A program made the translations under genes and the position numbers. Positions 9,594-17,337 of a stretch of 64,000 nt of DNA are shown piece after piece; within the stretch, counting starts at the first letter, position 1, and the number at the start of each line of letters is the position of its first letter. Under the pieces are notes generated by a model that did not search any database, was not told the origin of the DNA, and saw only the letters and a list, made by a program, of their open reading frames with translations. The DNA is from an uncultured Candidatus Saccharibacteria bacterium (GTDB lineage Bacteria > Patescibacteriota > Saccharimonadia > Saccharimonadales > CAIOMD01): the NCBI GenBank assembly GCA_963716565.1, contig OY970318.1:128830-192829 (forward strand). The letters are read 5' to 3'.

Positions 9594-9622
9594 TTGTAAT
9601 TTACGCAAAATAAGTTTATAAT
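9594..9622 (+). promoter_or_regulatory. sigma70-type promoter (TTGTAA-17-TATAAT)
   Basis: Perfect -10 and 17-nt spacer, 3 nt after the pheT stop. It would drive the two small ORFs and possibly the tRNA cluster. Confidence 0.6.
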
Positions 9623-9729
9623 AGCCGTTCTGGAATTGCCCCCAAACAGCACGACTGTATTGTGTGAGGCAGGTCCTTTCACAATCAGGTGTTGTTGATT
9701 AGAAACCTACGAGGCCTGGAGGCCATAAT

Positions 9730-9897
9730 ATGTTCGAGGCTGTGCTTGCGTGTGTGATCTTGTTGGTGCAAGTAGTCGTACTGGTATACGTAGCTGTTCT
9801 TATGATCAGCTCGTCTAAGTTGCATTGTAGAATGATGCAGCGACCTGAGCAGTTTAGCCAAGATGGTGGACTATCAGAACCCAAAAGGAAGTGGTGA
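9730..9897 (+). CDS. small hydrophobic protein, 55 aa (below the ORF-track cutoff)
   Basis: My translation is MFEAVLACVILLVQVVVLVYVAVLMISSSKLHCRMMQRPEQFSQDGGLSEPKRKW. SD ggagg lies 9 nt upstream. One TM helix and a charged tail. Confidence 0.4.
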   Translation: MFEAVLACVILLVQVVVLVYVAVLMISSSKLHCRMMQRPEQFSQDGGLSEPKRKW

Positions 9898-9900
9898 GTG

Positions 9901-10050
9901 ATGAAACGGCAGCCAACTTGTCAGCACAAAGCCCAAGAGCCAGTGTATTCGCGCTTGTGGCGAAAACGCAAGATCGTTAGGTACCGATGTATCAATTGTG
10001 GCCAGAAGGTACGTGTTCGTAAGATCAGGCGCTATCGCTGCCAGACATAA
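9901..10050 (+). CDS. small basic Cys-containing (zinc-ribbon-like) protein, 49 aa
   Basis: My translation is MKRQPTCQHKAQEPVYSRLWRKRKIVRYRCINCGQKVRVRKIRRYRCQT. It starts 3 nt after the previous stop, preceded by SD aaggaag. It has a CxH...CxxC...C pattern. Confidence 0.4.
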   Translation: MKRQPTCQHKAQEPVYSRLWRKRKIVRYRCINCGQKVRVRKIRRYRCQT

Positions 10051-10059
10051 TTGGCAAGG

Positions 10060-10133
10060 GGCCGTATAGCTCAGTGGCAGAGCGGTCGGGGTAAGACTCG
10101 ATGTCGTCAGCGGTTCGAGCCCGCTTACGGCCA
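10060..10133 (+). tRNA. tRNA-like gene with irregular anticodon arm (identity undetermined)
   Basis: The acceptor (GGCCGUA/UACGGCC), D arm (GCUC-AGUGGCA-GAGC) and T arm (AGCGG-UUCGAGC-CCGCU) are canonical. The anticodon arm folds only as 6 bp with a 6-nt loop (GUAAGA), or as 5 bp with an 8-nt loop (GGUAAGAC). Confidence 0.5.
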
Positions 10134-10159
10134 CCTATGTGGCGGTTGTTTGTTTCGAA

Positions 10160-10232
10160 TGGCGCGTAGCTCAGCCCGGGAGAGCACCCCCTTACAGGGG
10201 GGAGGTCGATGGTTCAAACCCATCCGTGCCCA
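10160..10232 (+). tRNA. tRNA-Val(UAC)-like, with a register anomaly in the anticodon stem
   Basis: The D and T arms are canonical. The sequence GAGC-A-CCCCC-UUACA-GGGGGG-AGGUC resembles tRNA-Val (loop CUUACAG), but has 5 C against 6 G and a U1:C72 mismatch. Confidence 0.6.
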
Positions 10233-10244
10233 TTTTGTAACGTG

Positions 10245-10341
10245 GTGTCTGAAGCTCAGTATTGGCAGCGAGCAACCCAATCATATCCAATTAAAGGAGT
10301 GGAGGGGAAGGAGTTTGCGGGTTCAAGTCCCGCCAGACACA
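10245..10341 (+). tRNA. tRNA-like element or disrupted tRNA (97 nt) lacking a foldable anticodon arm
   Basis: Perfect 7-bp acceptor (GUGUCUG/CAGACAC), a D stem GCUC/GAGC and a T arm GCGGG-UUCAAGU-CCCGC. The 43-nt centre reads ACCCA-AUCAUAU followed by a purine-rich UAAAGGAGUGGAGGGGAAGGAGUUU, and I found no 5-bp stem with a 7-nt loop in it. Confidence 0.35.
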
Positions 10342-10548
10342 CTTTGGTGTTGGTTGTCAGATAAGGTTGAACCAATCTGGCGCCAAACACACCAGCACCA
10401 ACTCGTGGCAGTGACTTCACTAGCCAGCGCGTACTTCCAAGGTACGTAGGCGTTCCTAGCGCCGACCTCAAAGAGGGGGTTGCGCACACAGCGAATCCTA
10501 CCATTCCTATCGTTCGCAACCTTAGCTTACTAGTGATCACTGCCCCCG

Positions 10549-10621
10549 CTTCCTGTAGCTCAGTTGGCAGAGCGCCGCCTTTCTACGGCGGAAGTCGCTG
10601 GTTCGAGTCCAGCCAGGGAGA
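10549..10621 (+). tRNA. tRNA-Arg (anticodon UCU)
   Basis: Fully canonical cloverleaf: acceptor CUUCCUG/CAGGGAG, anticodon arm CCGCC-UUUCUAC-GGCGG, variable loop AAGUC, T arm GCUGG-UUCGAGU-CCAGC. Confidence 0.9.
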
Positions 10622-10912
10622 CCTCGGCGCGTGGGAGACCCCTTTCCTCCGAACAACACGTGTCGAATGCTGCTATGGGTGGCCAGCCCAATAGCAGCGG
10701 CTTCTTCAAGTCCGAGGTGGGCGCTGTTCTGATCTTTGTCCACGGTACAATGTGACAATCCAGACAGCGCCCCTTTGGGCTCAATCATACAACACCTGAT
10801 CTTTACCCTAAATCACGAACTTCGCGGTTTGAGGCAAAGAATCAATTTTTACTACATAAAATTATTTGCATAAATAAAAACATTGCTATAATTAGGTCCG
10901 AGAGAGGGATTT

Positions 10913-11428
10913 ATGCAAACATCAAAAACCCAGAGGATTGTATCGTTAATGTTGGCGTTAATTATCGCCGGCTCAGCTGTTGGCATTTTAGTTTATTATG
11001 TGGCTGCCAATAAACAGCAAGCTGCCGAAGAAGAACAGATTTCCGATATCCAATCCTTAATCGACACAGAGACGAGGTATATGGAAAATTATCAACCCCA
11101 AGCCAGTGTTAGCGCTTTGCAAACTATTGATTTAACAACTGGTACAGGCGAAGCTGTTCAGCCTGGTGCAACAGTAACAGTTAATTACACAGGTGCTTTA
11201 GCGGCCACTGGCGTAATTTTTGAAAGCTCCTACGACAGCGGGCAACCAGCAACTTTTCCGCTTGATGGAGTAATTGCTGGCTGGACGCAGGGCATCCCCG
11301 GCATGCAGGTTGGTGGTAAGCGTCGCTTAATTATTCCCGCTAGTTTAGCTTATGGCGAAAGGGCATCAGAAAAGATACCCGCGAACTCCGATTTAGTGTT
11401 TGATGTGGAGCTAGTATCAATCAACTAA
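10913..11428 (+). CDS. FKBP-type peptidyl-prolyl cis-trans isomerase, membrane-anchored
   Basis: FKBP_C signature (VNYTGALAATGVIFESSYDSGQPATFPLDGVIAGWTQGIPGMQVGGKRRLIIP...LVFDVELVSI) plus an N-terminal TM helix. Confidence 0.85.
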   Translation: MQTSKTQRIVSLMLALIIAGSAVGILVYYVAANKQQAAEEEQISDIQSLIDTETRYMENYQPQASVSALQTIDLTTGTGEAVQPGATVTVNYTGALAATGVIFESSYDSGQPATFPLDGVIAGWTQGIPGMQVGGKRRLIIPASLAYGERASEKIPANSDLVFDVELVSIN

Positions 11429-11495
11429 AACGCTACCTGTAGCGTTTGCAAAATAAAAGAAAGCACTATAAAATAATAAAAAGGAAAAGCAAAAA

Positions 11496-11744
11496 ATGGC
11501 CAAAAATATCACTATCTACACCACCAACAGTTGCGCGTACTGCGCAATGGTAAAAAAGTGGCTGACCCTAAAAGGTTATAGCTACGACGAAGTAAATATA
11601 GAAGAACATCCCGAGCGCGGCCAAGAAGCCATTGATGCCAGTGGGCAGATGACTGTGCCAATCACAATTGTCACTAAAGCCGACGATAGCCAAGTAGTTG
11701 TTGTTGGCTATAACCTGTCAAGATTAGCCCCAGCGGTGGCTTAA
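11496..11744 (+). CDS. glutaredoxin/NrdH-like redoxin
   Basis: 82 aa with a CAYC active-site motif in a thioredoxin-fold context (ITIYTTNSCAYCAMVKKWL). Adjacent to trxB. Confidence 0.75.
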   Translation: MAKNITIYTTNSCAYCAMVKKWLTLKGYSYDEVNIEEHPERGQEAIDASGQMTVPITIVTKADDSQVVVVGYNLSRLAPAVA

Positions 11745-11747
11745 AAC

Positions 11748-12755
11748 ATGTCTTCCGTTGCTGTTAAAAACCCGAACAAGCCAAAGGCTAAAGTTCAGCC
11801 CGGGCAATTTGATAAGAATAAAAAGATGCACGATTTGATAATTATTGGCTCCGGCCCAGCGGCTCTAGCGACGGCTATTTATACTGCCCGCGAAGACATT
11901 GAAACCCTTGTTTTAGAAAAAGGCATTTTAGGCGGAGTGCCAGCAACAGTAGACAAAATAGAAAATTACCCCGGCTTTCCCCAGGGCCTGCCCGGCCTAG
12001 ATTTGGCCACAAAGTTTCAAGAACAGGCCGAAAGGTTTGGCGTAAAGTTTGAGCTTACCGAGGCACTAGGCGTAGAATCCAGCGGCAGTTGTATAACCGT
12101 AAGAACCAGCGACGGCAGCTATGCCACTAAAGCGTTGTTAATCGCCAGCGGCTGCGATAACAAAAAATTAGGCATTCCTGGCGAAAAAGAATATTTTGCT
12201 AAGGGCGTACACTATTGTGCTACCTGTGATGGCCCCTTGTATCGCGATAAAAACCTACTTGTAATAGGCGGTGGCAACGCAGCGGTCCAAGAGGCCTTGT
12301 TTTTGACCACTTATGCCAAGCATGTAGATTTATTAGTGCGTAGTACCATTAAGGCTACCGATATCTTAGTCCAGCAATTATCCAAGAATAAAAAGATTAC
12401 CGTGCATTTGCACACTACTGCTAACGAAATTATTGGCGATGGTCAAACTGTAGCTAAAGTCGTTGGCACGGATTTAGCTACCAACAAAAAAGTGCAGTTT
12501 AGCACCGATGGAGTGTTTATATTTGCTGGGCAATTCCCCAATACCGCTTTTTTGGCCGGAACTGGCATTATTTTTGACGAGGTTGGCTATATTCAGACCG
12601 ATCAAAAACTCCAAACTGCTATAAAGGGTATATTTGCGGCCGGCGATGTACGCAGTGGTGCAACCAGGCAGATTGCTTGTGCTGCTGGCGAAGGCGCAGC
12701 AGTGGCCTTTAGTATTCGTGAATATTTGCGCCACGAAGCGGCTCCTTGTTACTAA
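11748..12755 (+). CDS. trxB: thioredoxin-disulfide reductase
   Basis: FAD motif IIIGSGPAALATAIYTAR, redox-active CATCDG and NAD(P) motif VIGGGNAAVQEA. Confidence 0.9.
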   Translation: MSSVAVKNPNKPKAKVQPGQFDKNKKMHDLIIIGSGPAALATAIYTAREDIETLVLEKGILGGVPATVDKIENYPGFPQGLPGLDLATKFQEQAERFGVKFELTEALGVESSGSCITVRTSDGSYATKALLIASGCDNKKLGIPGEKEYFAKGVHYCATCDGPLYRDKNLLVIGGGNAAVQEALFLTTYAKHVDLLVRSTIKATDILVQQLSKNKKITVHLHTTANEIIGDGQTVAKVVGTDLATNKKVQFSTDGVFIFAGQFPNTAFLAGTGIIFDEVGYIQTDQKLQTAIKGIFAAGDVRSGATRQIACAAGEGAAVAFSIREYLRHEAAPCY

Positions 12756-12801
12756 AGTGCTAGCGCTTAAGTTGCAGTTTGGTTTATACTTTTAGACAAC
12801 T

Positions 12802-13386
12802 ATGAGCAGAACTAAATGGTCTACCAAAAAGAAGATTATAGTTAATCTATTAATTGCCTTGGCTGTTATTGGCGCCGGTTTGGCGTTCTATGTTTTTTAC
12901 GGCTATAAGTATTTTGAAAACAAAGATGATGACGTAACTAGCGAGAGCCTTGTCATTACGGCTACCGACGATATCGTAACAATCGTAAGTAATAACGGTG
13001 CCTTGGCGAAATTCAATCAAATTGTTACAGCTTCGGGGTTAAATTTTACTTTGCAAGTAGCGGGTACTAGCTACTTAGTTTTAGCGCCTCGTAACACTGG
13101 CTTCGAGGGCCTGCCGGCTGGCTATTTTGACTCTTTGCTAACTGCCGAAAAACAAACTATTGCCCAGAATATTGCCAAATATCATATAGCTATTCTGCCA
13201 ACTGCCGAATTAACTGATGGCCAAAAAATTATGACTCTAGCTGGCCAAGAAGTTGTTGTAGGCGTAAACGATGGCCAATATACCTTTACAGATGCCAAAG
13301 GCAATGTGGCTAACGTGATGGGTGAAGCCCGCAAAGCTACCAACGGCACCATCTACGTTCTAGACACCGTGTTACTGCCCCAATAG
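12802..13386 (+). CDS. fasciclin (FAS1) domain protein, membrane-anchored
   Basis: N-terminal TM helix and FAS1 motifs (YLVLAPRNTGFEGLP, TNGTIYVLDTVLLP). A long hairpin follows at 13387-13424. Confidence 0.75.
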   Translation: MSRTKWSTKKKIIVNLLIALAVIGAGLAFYVFYGYKYFENKDDDVTSESLVITATDDIVTIVSNNGALAKFNQIVTASGLNFTLQVAGTSYLVLAPRNTGFEGLPAGYFDSLLTAEKQTIAQNIAKYHIAILPTAELTDGQKIMTLAGQEVVVGVNDGQYTFTDAKGNVANVMGEARKATNGTIYVLDTVLLPQ

Positions 13387-13499
13387 CTTCCTCTTACTTT
13401 TGACACCAAAAGTAGCAGAAGAAGGTTTTATGTATTCTGTATCCTATGTTAAAATAGGCCTAATCTGTAAATTTTAACTAAAAATAGAAGGGAGCTTAA

Positions 13500-15515
13500 G
13501 TGAACGGTTATATTATTTTTGCGCTTGTCGCATCCGTAATAGCCATTGCTTACGGTGTTTATTTAACTAAGTGGATTTTGGCTCGTAAGGCCGGCGATGA
13601 CAAAATGAAAGAAATTGCCAGCGCCATACAAGAAGGTGCTAAGGCTTACTTAAAGCGCCAATACCTAACAATCACAATTGTAGCTGTGCCAGTATTCGCA
13701 GTTTTGCTGTTTACTCTTGGGCTTGCTACAGCTATCGGCTTTTTAGTTGGTGCTATTGCTTCGGCCGCGGCCGGCTTTATTGGCATGAATGTTTCGGTTC
13801 GCGCTAATGTGCGTACCACCGAAGCTGCCAAAAAATCTATGAAGAGCGCTCTACTAGTCGCCGTTCGCGGTGGTAGCGTAACCGGTTTGATGGTAGTTGG
13901 CCTTGCCCTATTGGTGGTAACTCTATTCTGGTTCTTTACCGAAGATGCCAAGGCTTTAATTGGCTTGGGCTTTGGTGGCAGTTTGATTTCTATTTTTGCC
14001 CGTCTTGGCGGTGGTATCTTTACCAAGGGCGCCGACGTTGGTGCTGACTTGGTTGGTAAGGTAGAAGCTGGTATTCCAGAAGACGACCCTCGTAACCCAG
14101 CCGTAATCGCCGACAACATTGGCGATCACGTAGGCGACTGTGCTGGTATGGCAGCCGACTTGTTCGAAACTTACGCCGTTACCGCTGTCGCTGCTATATT
14201 GCTTGGTACTTTAGTTTTGGGCGACTTTAGCAATGCCGTTTTCTACCCATTAGTTTTGGGTGGCGTTTCGGCTATTGCCTCGGTTATTGGCACCTTTGTT
14301 ATTAAGCTAGGCAAAAAGAAGAACATTATGAATGCCTTGTACAAGGGCTTAATTGTCTCTGGTGTTTTATCGGCTGTTGTTTTTTACTTTGTTACTGACA
14401 CTATGATGGCTAACAATGGTTTGTATTCTACTAACCGTATATTTTTGGCCTCATTAGTTGGCTTGGCGATTACTGGTTTAATGGTAGTTATTACCGAATA
14501 TTACACCTCCACTAAGTACAAGCCAGTAAAAAGCATTGCCGAAGCTTCGCAATCTGGGCATGGTACCAACATCATTACTGGCTTGGCTGTTAGTATGAAG
14601 TCGACCGCTTTGCCGGTAATCGCTATTGCCGCCGCCATTATCGCCGCTTATTCGGCGGCCGGTATCTATGGCGTAGCCGTTGCGGCCATGAGCATGCTTT
14701 CTATGGCTGGCATAATTATCACTATTGATGCTTACGGTCCAATTACCGACAACGCTGGCGGTATTGCCGAAATGGCTAACTTGCCTGAAAAAGTTCGTAA
14801 AATTACCGACCCATTGGACGCCGTTGGCAATACTACCAAAGCCGTTACCAAAGGCTATGCTATTGCTTCGGCTGGCTTGGCGGCCATAGTATTGTTTGCT
14901 GCCTTTACCGAAGAACTAGCTGCCGGTGGTAAAATTGTTAGCTTTGAACTGTCTGACCCTTACGTTTTGGTTGGCCTGTTTATTGGTGGTTTGTTGCCAT
15001 ATCTGTTTGGAGCTTTAGCTATGCAAGCTGTTGGCAAGGCCGCTCAGGCTGTGGTAACCGAAGTTCGTCGCCAGTTTAAAGAAATCAAAGGCATTATGAC
15101 TGGTGAAGCTAAGCCCGAATACGGCCACGCTGTAGATATTGTTACTAAGGCTGCCATTAAGCGCATGATTGTTCCAGCCCTTTTGCCAGTATTAGCCCCA
15201 TTTGTAATCGTGCTTATCGGTTTAGCTTTGGGCAACGATGCAGCTCCCAAAATGATGGGCGGCTTACTAGTTGGTTCAATCGTAACGGGTATTTTTGTAG
15301 CTATTTCTATGACCAGTGGTGGTGGTGCTTGGGACAACGCTAAAAAGTATATCGAAGACGGCAACTATGGTGGCAAGGGTTCCTTTGCTCATCAAGCAGC
15401 TGTTACCGGTGATACTGTTGGCGACCCTTACAAGGATACTGCTGGCCCAGCCATTAACCCAATGATCAAAATCTTGAATATCGTTGCTCTGCTATTAGTT
15501 GGCCTGATGATATAA
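13500..15515 (+). CDS. hppA: membrane-bound proton/sodium-translocating pyrophosphatase
   Basis: 671 aa, about 16 TM helices, with H+-PPase signatures ([59 protein letters not shown]). GTG start after SD aagggag. Confidence 0.95.
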   Translation: MNGYIIFALVASVIAIAYGVYLTKWILARKAGDDKMKEIASAIQEGAKAYLKRQYLTITIVAVPVFAVLLFTLGLATAIGFLVGAIASAAAGFIGMNVSVRANVRTTEAAKKSMKSALLVAVRGGSVTGLMVVGLALLVVTLFWFFTEDAKALIGLGFGGSLISIFARLGGGIFTKGADVGADLVGKVEAGIPEDDPRNPAVIADNIGDHVGDCAGMAADLFETYAVTAVAAILLGTLVLGDFSNAVFYPLVLGGVSAIASVIGTFVIKLGKKKNIMNALYKGLIVSGVLSAVVFYFVTDTMMANNGLYSTNRIFLASLVGLAITGLMVVITEYYTSTKYKPVKSIAEASQSGHGTNIITGLAVSMKSTALPVIAIAAAIIAAYSAAGIYGVAVAAMSMLSMAGIIITIDAYGPITDNAGGIAEMANLPEKVRKITDPLDAVGNTTKAVTKGYAIASAGLAAIVLFAAFTEELAAGGKIVSFELSDPYVLVGLFIGGLLPYLFGALAMQAVGKAAQAVVTEVRRQFKEIKGIMTGEAKPEYGHAVDIVTKAAIKRMIVPALLPVLAPFVIVLIGLALGNDAAPKMMGGLLVGSIVTGIFVAISMTSGGGAWDNAKKYIEDGNYGGKGSFAHQAAVTGDTVGDPYKDTAGPAINPMIKILNIVALLLVGLMI

Positions 15516-15536
15516 AAAACTAAAATTGTTAGCACT

Positions 15537-15567
15537 AAAAGCGCTCCACCCAAAGGAGCGCTTTTTT
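15537..15567 (+). terminator. rho-independent terminator after hppA
   Basis: GCGCUCC-ACCCAAA-GGAGCGC hairpin followed by U6. Confidence 0.85.
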
Positions 15568-15634
15568 AATTCTCTTGAGTCATTAAGCGTTAGCATATAC
15601 AATATAACCAAACCGTATTTTTCAAGGGGGTAGG

Positions 15635-16816
15635 ATGAAAGTTAGAGTAGCGATAAATGGCTTTGGCCGCATCGGGCGCGGAGCTTTTAAGGTTGCTTTA
15701 ACCCGCGACGATATTGAAGTTGTGGCTATTAACGATTTAGCCAATGCCCAAACTTTAGCGAATCTGTTAAAGCACGATAGTGTTTATGGTGCCTACGAAA
15801 AGCAAGTTACGGTCGATGGCGAAAACTTAACCGTTGATGGACAAACCATAAAAGTTTTAAATCAACCCAATCCAGCCGCTCTACCATGGGCCAGCCTGGG
15901 TGTGCAAGTTGTTATTGAAGCTACTGGGCAATTTTGTGAGCCTCAAAAAGCCATGGCCCATATTACAGCTGGTGCTAAAAAAGTTATTATCGCCGCCACA
16001 GCAAAAGGCGATGGCGCTCCGGCCATAATTATTGGCGCCAACGAAGACAAATTAAAAGAAACTGGCGGTTGCATAAGTACCGGTGGTAGTACCTCGGCTT
16101 GCATGGCGCCGGTACTGGACGTTCTAAACCAGAGCTTTGGCGTAGAAAAAGCTATGTTAACTACAGTGCATAGCTACACTTCCGGCCAAAAGCTGGTTGA
16201 TTCTGTGGATTCAGATAATCGCCAAGCTAGGGCGGCTGCGCATAACATCGTGCCGTTAAAAAGTACTAGCACTGCCACAAGCCAAGTTGTTCCAGAGCTA
16301 AACGGCAAGTTGGACAATTTAACTATAAAAGTTCCAAGCTTGGCTGTATCATTGGCCGATTTCACGGTAGTGCTAAAACGAAACGTGACGGTTGAGGAAG
16401 TTAATGAGGCCTTCAAAAAAGTGGCCGCCGAGCCATACTATCAGGGCATTTTAACAGTCACCGACGAAGAATTAGTAAGCAGCGATTTCATTGGCAACAG
16501 CCACTCGGCAATTATTGATAGCAAACTGACTAAAGTTGTAGCTGGCAATATGGTAAAAGTTGTCGCTTGGTACGATAACGAATGGGGTTTTTGTAATCGT
16601 TTAGTAGAATTAACGGCCGATGTTGGTAAGTCTTTAGGCGGTGAATATGTTGCGTCTCAACAACCCGTAGAACAACCAGTAGAACCAGCACCGTTAGAGC
16701 CGGTGCAGCCAGTAGTGTCGGCTCCCCCAACTGGGCCTATTAATCCAATGAACTATCCCAGCATGCCGCCAGTCCAAACCAACAGCCCCCAGCGGATAGA
16801 TATTGTGAACCGTTAA
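15635..16816 (+). CDS. gap: glyceraldehyde-3-phosphate dehydrogenase homolog (atypical active site, Pro-rich C-terminal tail)
   Basis: N-terminal NGFGRIGR, plus TTVHSYT and WYDNEWG. Where canonical enzymes read SNASCTTNCLAP, this protein reads STGGSTSACMAP. About 55 extra C-terminal residues are rich in P, Q and V. Confidence 0.8.
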   Translation: MKVRVAINGFGRIGRGAFKVALTRDDIEVVAINDLANAQTLANLLKHDSVYGAYEKQVTVDGENLTVDGQTIKVLNQPNPAALPWASLGVQVVIEATGQFCEPQKAMAHITAGAKKVIIAATAKGDGAPAIIIGANEDKLKETGGCISTGGSTSACMAPVLDVLNQSFGVEKAMLTTVHSYTSGQKLVDSVDSDNRQARAAAHNIVPLKSTSTATSQVVPELNGKLDNLTIKVPSLAVSLADFTVVLKRNVTVEEVNEAFKKVAAEPYYQGILTVTDEELVSSDFIGNSHSAIIDSKLTKVVAGNMVKVVAWYDNEWGFCNRLVELTADVGKSLGGEYVASQQPVEQPVEPAPLEPVQPVVSAPPTGPINPMNYPSMPPVQTNSPQRIDIVNR

Positions 16817-16818
16817 TT

Positions 16819-17277
16819 ATGAAGATATTTTTAGCTGCCGATCACCAGGGCTACGAGCTTAAAGAAGCGGTTGAGGCCTATCTAAAAAAGGCTGGCTACG
16901 ATGTTGAAGACGCCGGCGATACAGAATACAAGCCAGATGACGATTTCCCAATTTTTGCATCAAAAGCAGTGCACAAGTTATTGAGTAGTCACGATAATGA
17001 TGCACGGGCAATTTTGCTCTGTGGTAGCGGGCAGGGCATGGTAATGGCTGCCAATCGCTTTAAGGGCATCCGTGCTGGTTTAGGCTGGAGCCTAGCTGCA
17101 GCAAAATCATTACGTAACGACGAAGACAGTAATGTTTTAGCCGTGCCAGCTGTTTTGTTTAAGGGCGAACAATGCCAAGAGGCCTATGCCATTATTGAAG
17201 CTTGGCTAAATACGCCATTTGCCGCCGCCGCTCGTTACGTCCGCCGCAACCAAGAACTCGACCAGCTAGCTGGCTAG
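16819..17277 (+). CDS. rpiB: ribose-5-phosphate isomerase B
   Basis: RpiB/LacAB family pattern (MKIFLAADHQGYELKE...LLCGSGQGMVMAANRFKGIRA). Confidence 0.85.
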   Translation: MKIFLAADHQGYELKEAVEAYLKKAGYDVEDAGDTEYKPDDDFPIFASKAVHKLLSSHDNDARAILLCGSGQGMVMAANRFKGIRAGLGWSLAAAKSLRNDEDSNVLAVPAVLFKGEQCQEAYAIIEAWLNTPFAAAARYVRRNQELDQLAG

Positions 17278-17297
17278 GCTATAAATCTAAACCGCTA

Positions 17298-17326
17298 TTG
17301 CTTGCGTTTCTTGTAGTTGTTAAATA
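17298..17326 (+). promoter_or_regulatory. promoter TTGCTT-17-TAAATA, 11 nt before ATG 17338 (near-leaderless)
   Basis: Hexamers read directly. It contains the 16-mer GCTATTGCTTGCGTTT, which recurs at 23880-23895 in front of another orphan gene. Confidence 0.5.
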
Positions 17327-17337
17327 TATTTCCTTGC

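Noticed and set aside
10690-10716. T-loop-like UUCAAGUCC downstream of tRNA-Arg, considered as a fifth tRNA.
   Set aside because: The flanking 5-mers (GCUUC/CCGAG) do not pair, and there is no acceptor or D arm.
10051-10788. ORF-track entries on both strands across the tRNA cluster (10051-10449 +, 10256-10540 -, 10537-10788 -, 10560-10784 -, 10564-10755 +, 9874-10134 -).
   Set aside because: They read straight through tRNA genes and structured spacers, have no SD, and have odd Arg/Gly/Cys-rich composition. They were useful only for confirming nucleotide counts.
13646-15364. Antisense ORFs inside hppA (13646-14119 -, 15044-15364 -), and similar antisense or offset ORFs inside dnaE, clpC, typA, pepN, uvrB, tkt and other long genes.
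   Set aside because: They are embedded in strongly supported conserved genes, have low-complexity Pro/Ser/Ala-rich translations and lack initiation signals.
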